Shown: piece after piece, positions 63,711 through 64,000 of the stretch
How the letters are laid out: the number at the start of each line of letters is the position of its first letter
Position numbering within the stretch: the stretch's first letter is position 1
From: Chiloscyllium plagiosum
Taxonomy: Eukaryota
DNA: 64,000 nucleotides
Assembly: GCF_004010195.1 (NCBI RefSeq)
Contig: NC_057719.1
Span: 41,920,139 to 41,984,138 of the forward strand
Direction: 5' to 3'
Program-made: the position numbers and the translations under genes
The notes under the pieces: model-generated
Told to the model about the DNA's origin: nothing
What the model saw: only the letters and a program-made list of their open reading frames with translations
Database searches by the model: none

Positions 63711-64000
63711 CCTTGGGATGCTTGGGAGAAGGAAGGAAGGAAGGGGAAGGAGGAAAAGGAGACGTGGGTCTGCTTCTTGTGCTGCAGCCTGGGCCTTGCC
63801 CACAGCTGTCCCAACTGCTGCTGCTGCCTGAGGCCTACCTCCACTGTTGCTGCCAGAGCCTCACCCAGGTCAAGGGAGTGTTGCTGCTGCCTGGGGCACT
63901 CCTACTGCTGGTCCCTGGAACCCCACCTGGACTTAAAAATACAGCTGTTTCCTAGGGTCTACCACCACTAACACACAGCAGCACAGCATGGCGAGCCTCA

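Noticed and set aside
63713..64000. GC-richer CTG-rich ORFs at the right edge
   Set aside because: Low complexity, no recognisable domain, cut by the window edge; cannot be classified.

Overview
AT-rich, repeat-dense vertebrate DNA. The repeat families (HE1-type V-SINEs, HER1-like CR1 LINEs, several Penelope-like element (PLE) families) point to a cartilaginous fish, most likely a shark (inference). The only host gene I can support is a minus-strand kinesin-3 of the KIF28/KLP-6 type. Seven coding exons (27920 down to 3163; 978 nt, 326 codons) splice in frame with GT-AG boundaries and encode most of the motor domain; I found no further exon, so the gene probably continues off the left edge. 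The rest is mostly decayed, often nested retroelements (CR1, Penelope, Tx1/L1-like, Rex/Babar, RTE-like, a solo LTR) plus a MITE and a Harbinger remnant. Most interesting structures: (1) minimal hammerhead-ribozyme cores (CUGAnGA-helix II-GAAA-NUH) in two PLE families, many inside ~170-230 bp head-to-head palindromic insertions with 13-17 bp target-site duplications; (2) an apparently ORF1-less LINE with a tRNA-like 5' head, plus SINEs made of its 5' and 3' ends; (3) a 103-bp local duplication flanking KIF28 exon 5, fused to a Penelope truncation point. Family names come from motif recognition by eye, not database searches. Repeat boundaries are approximate unless a TSD is quoted.
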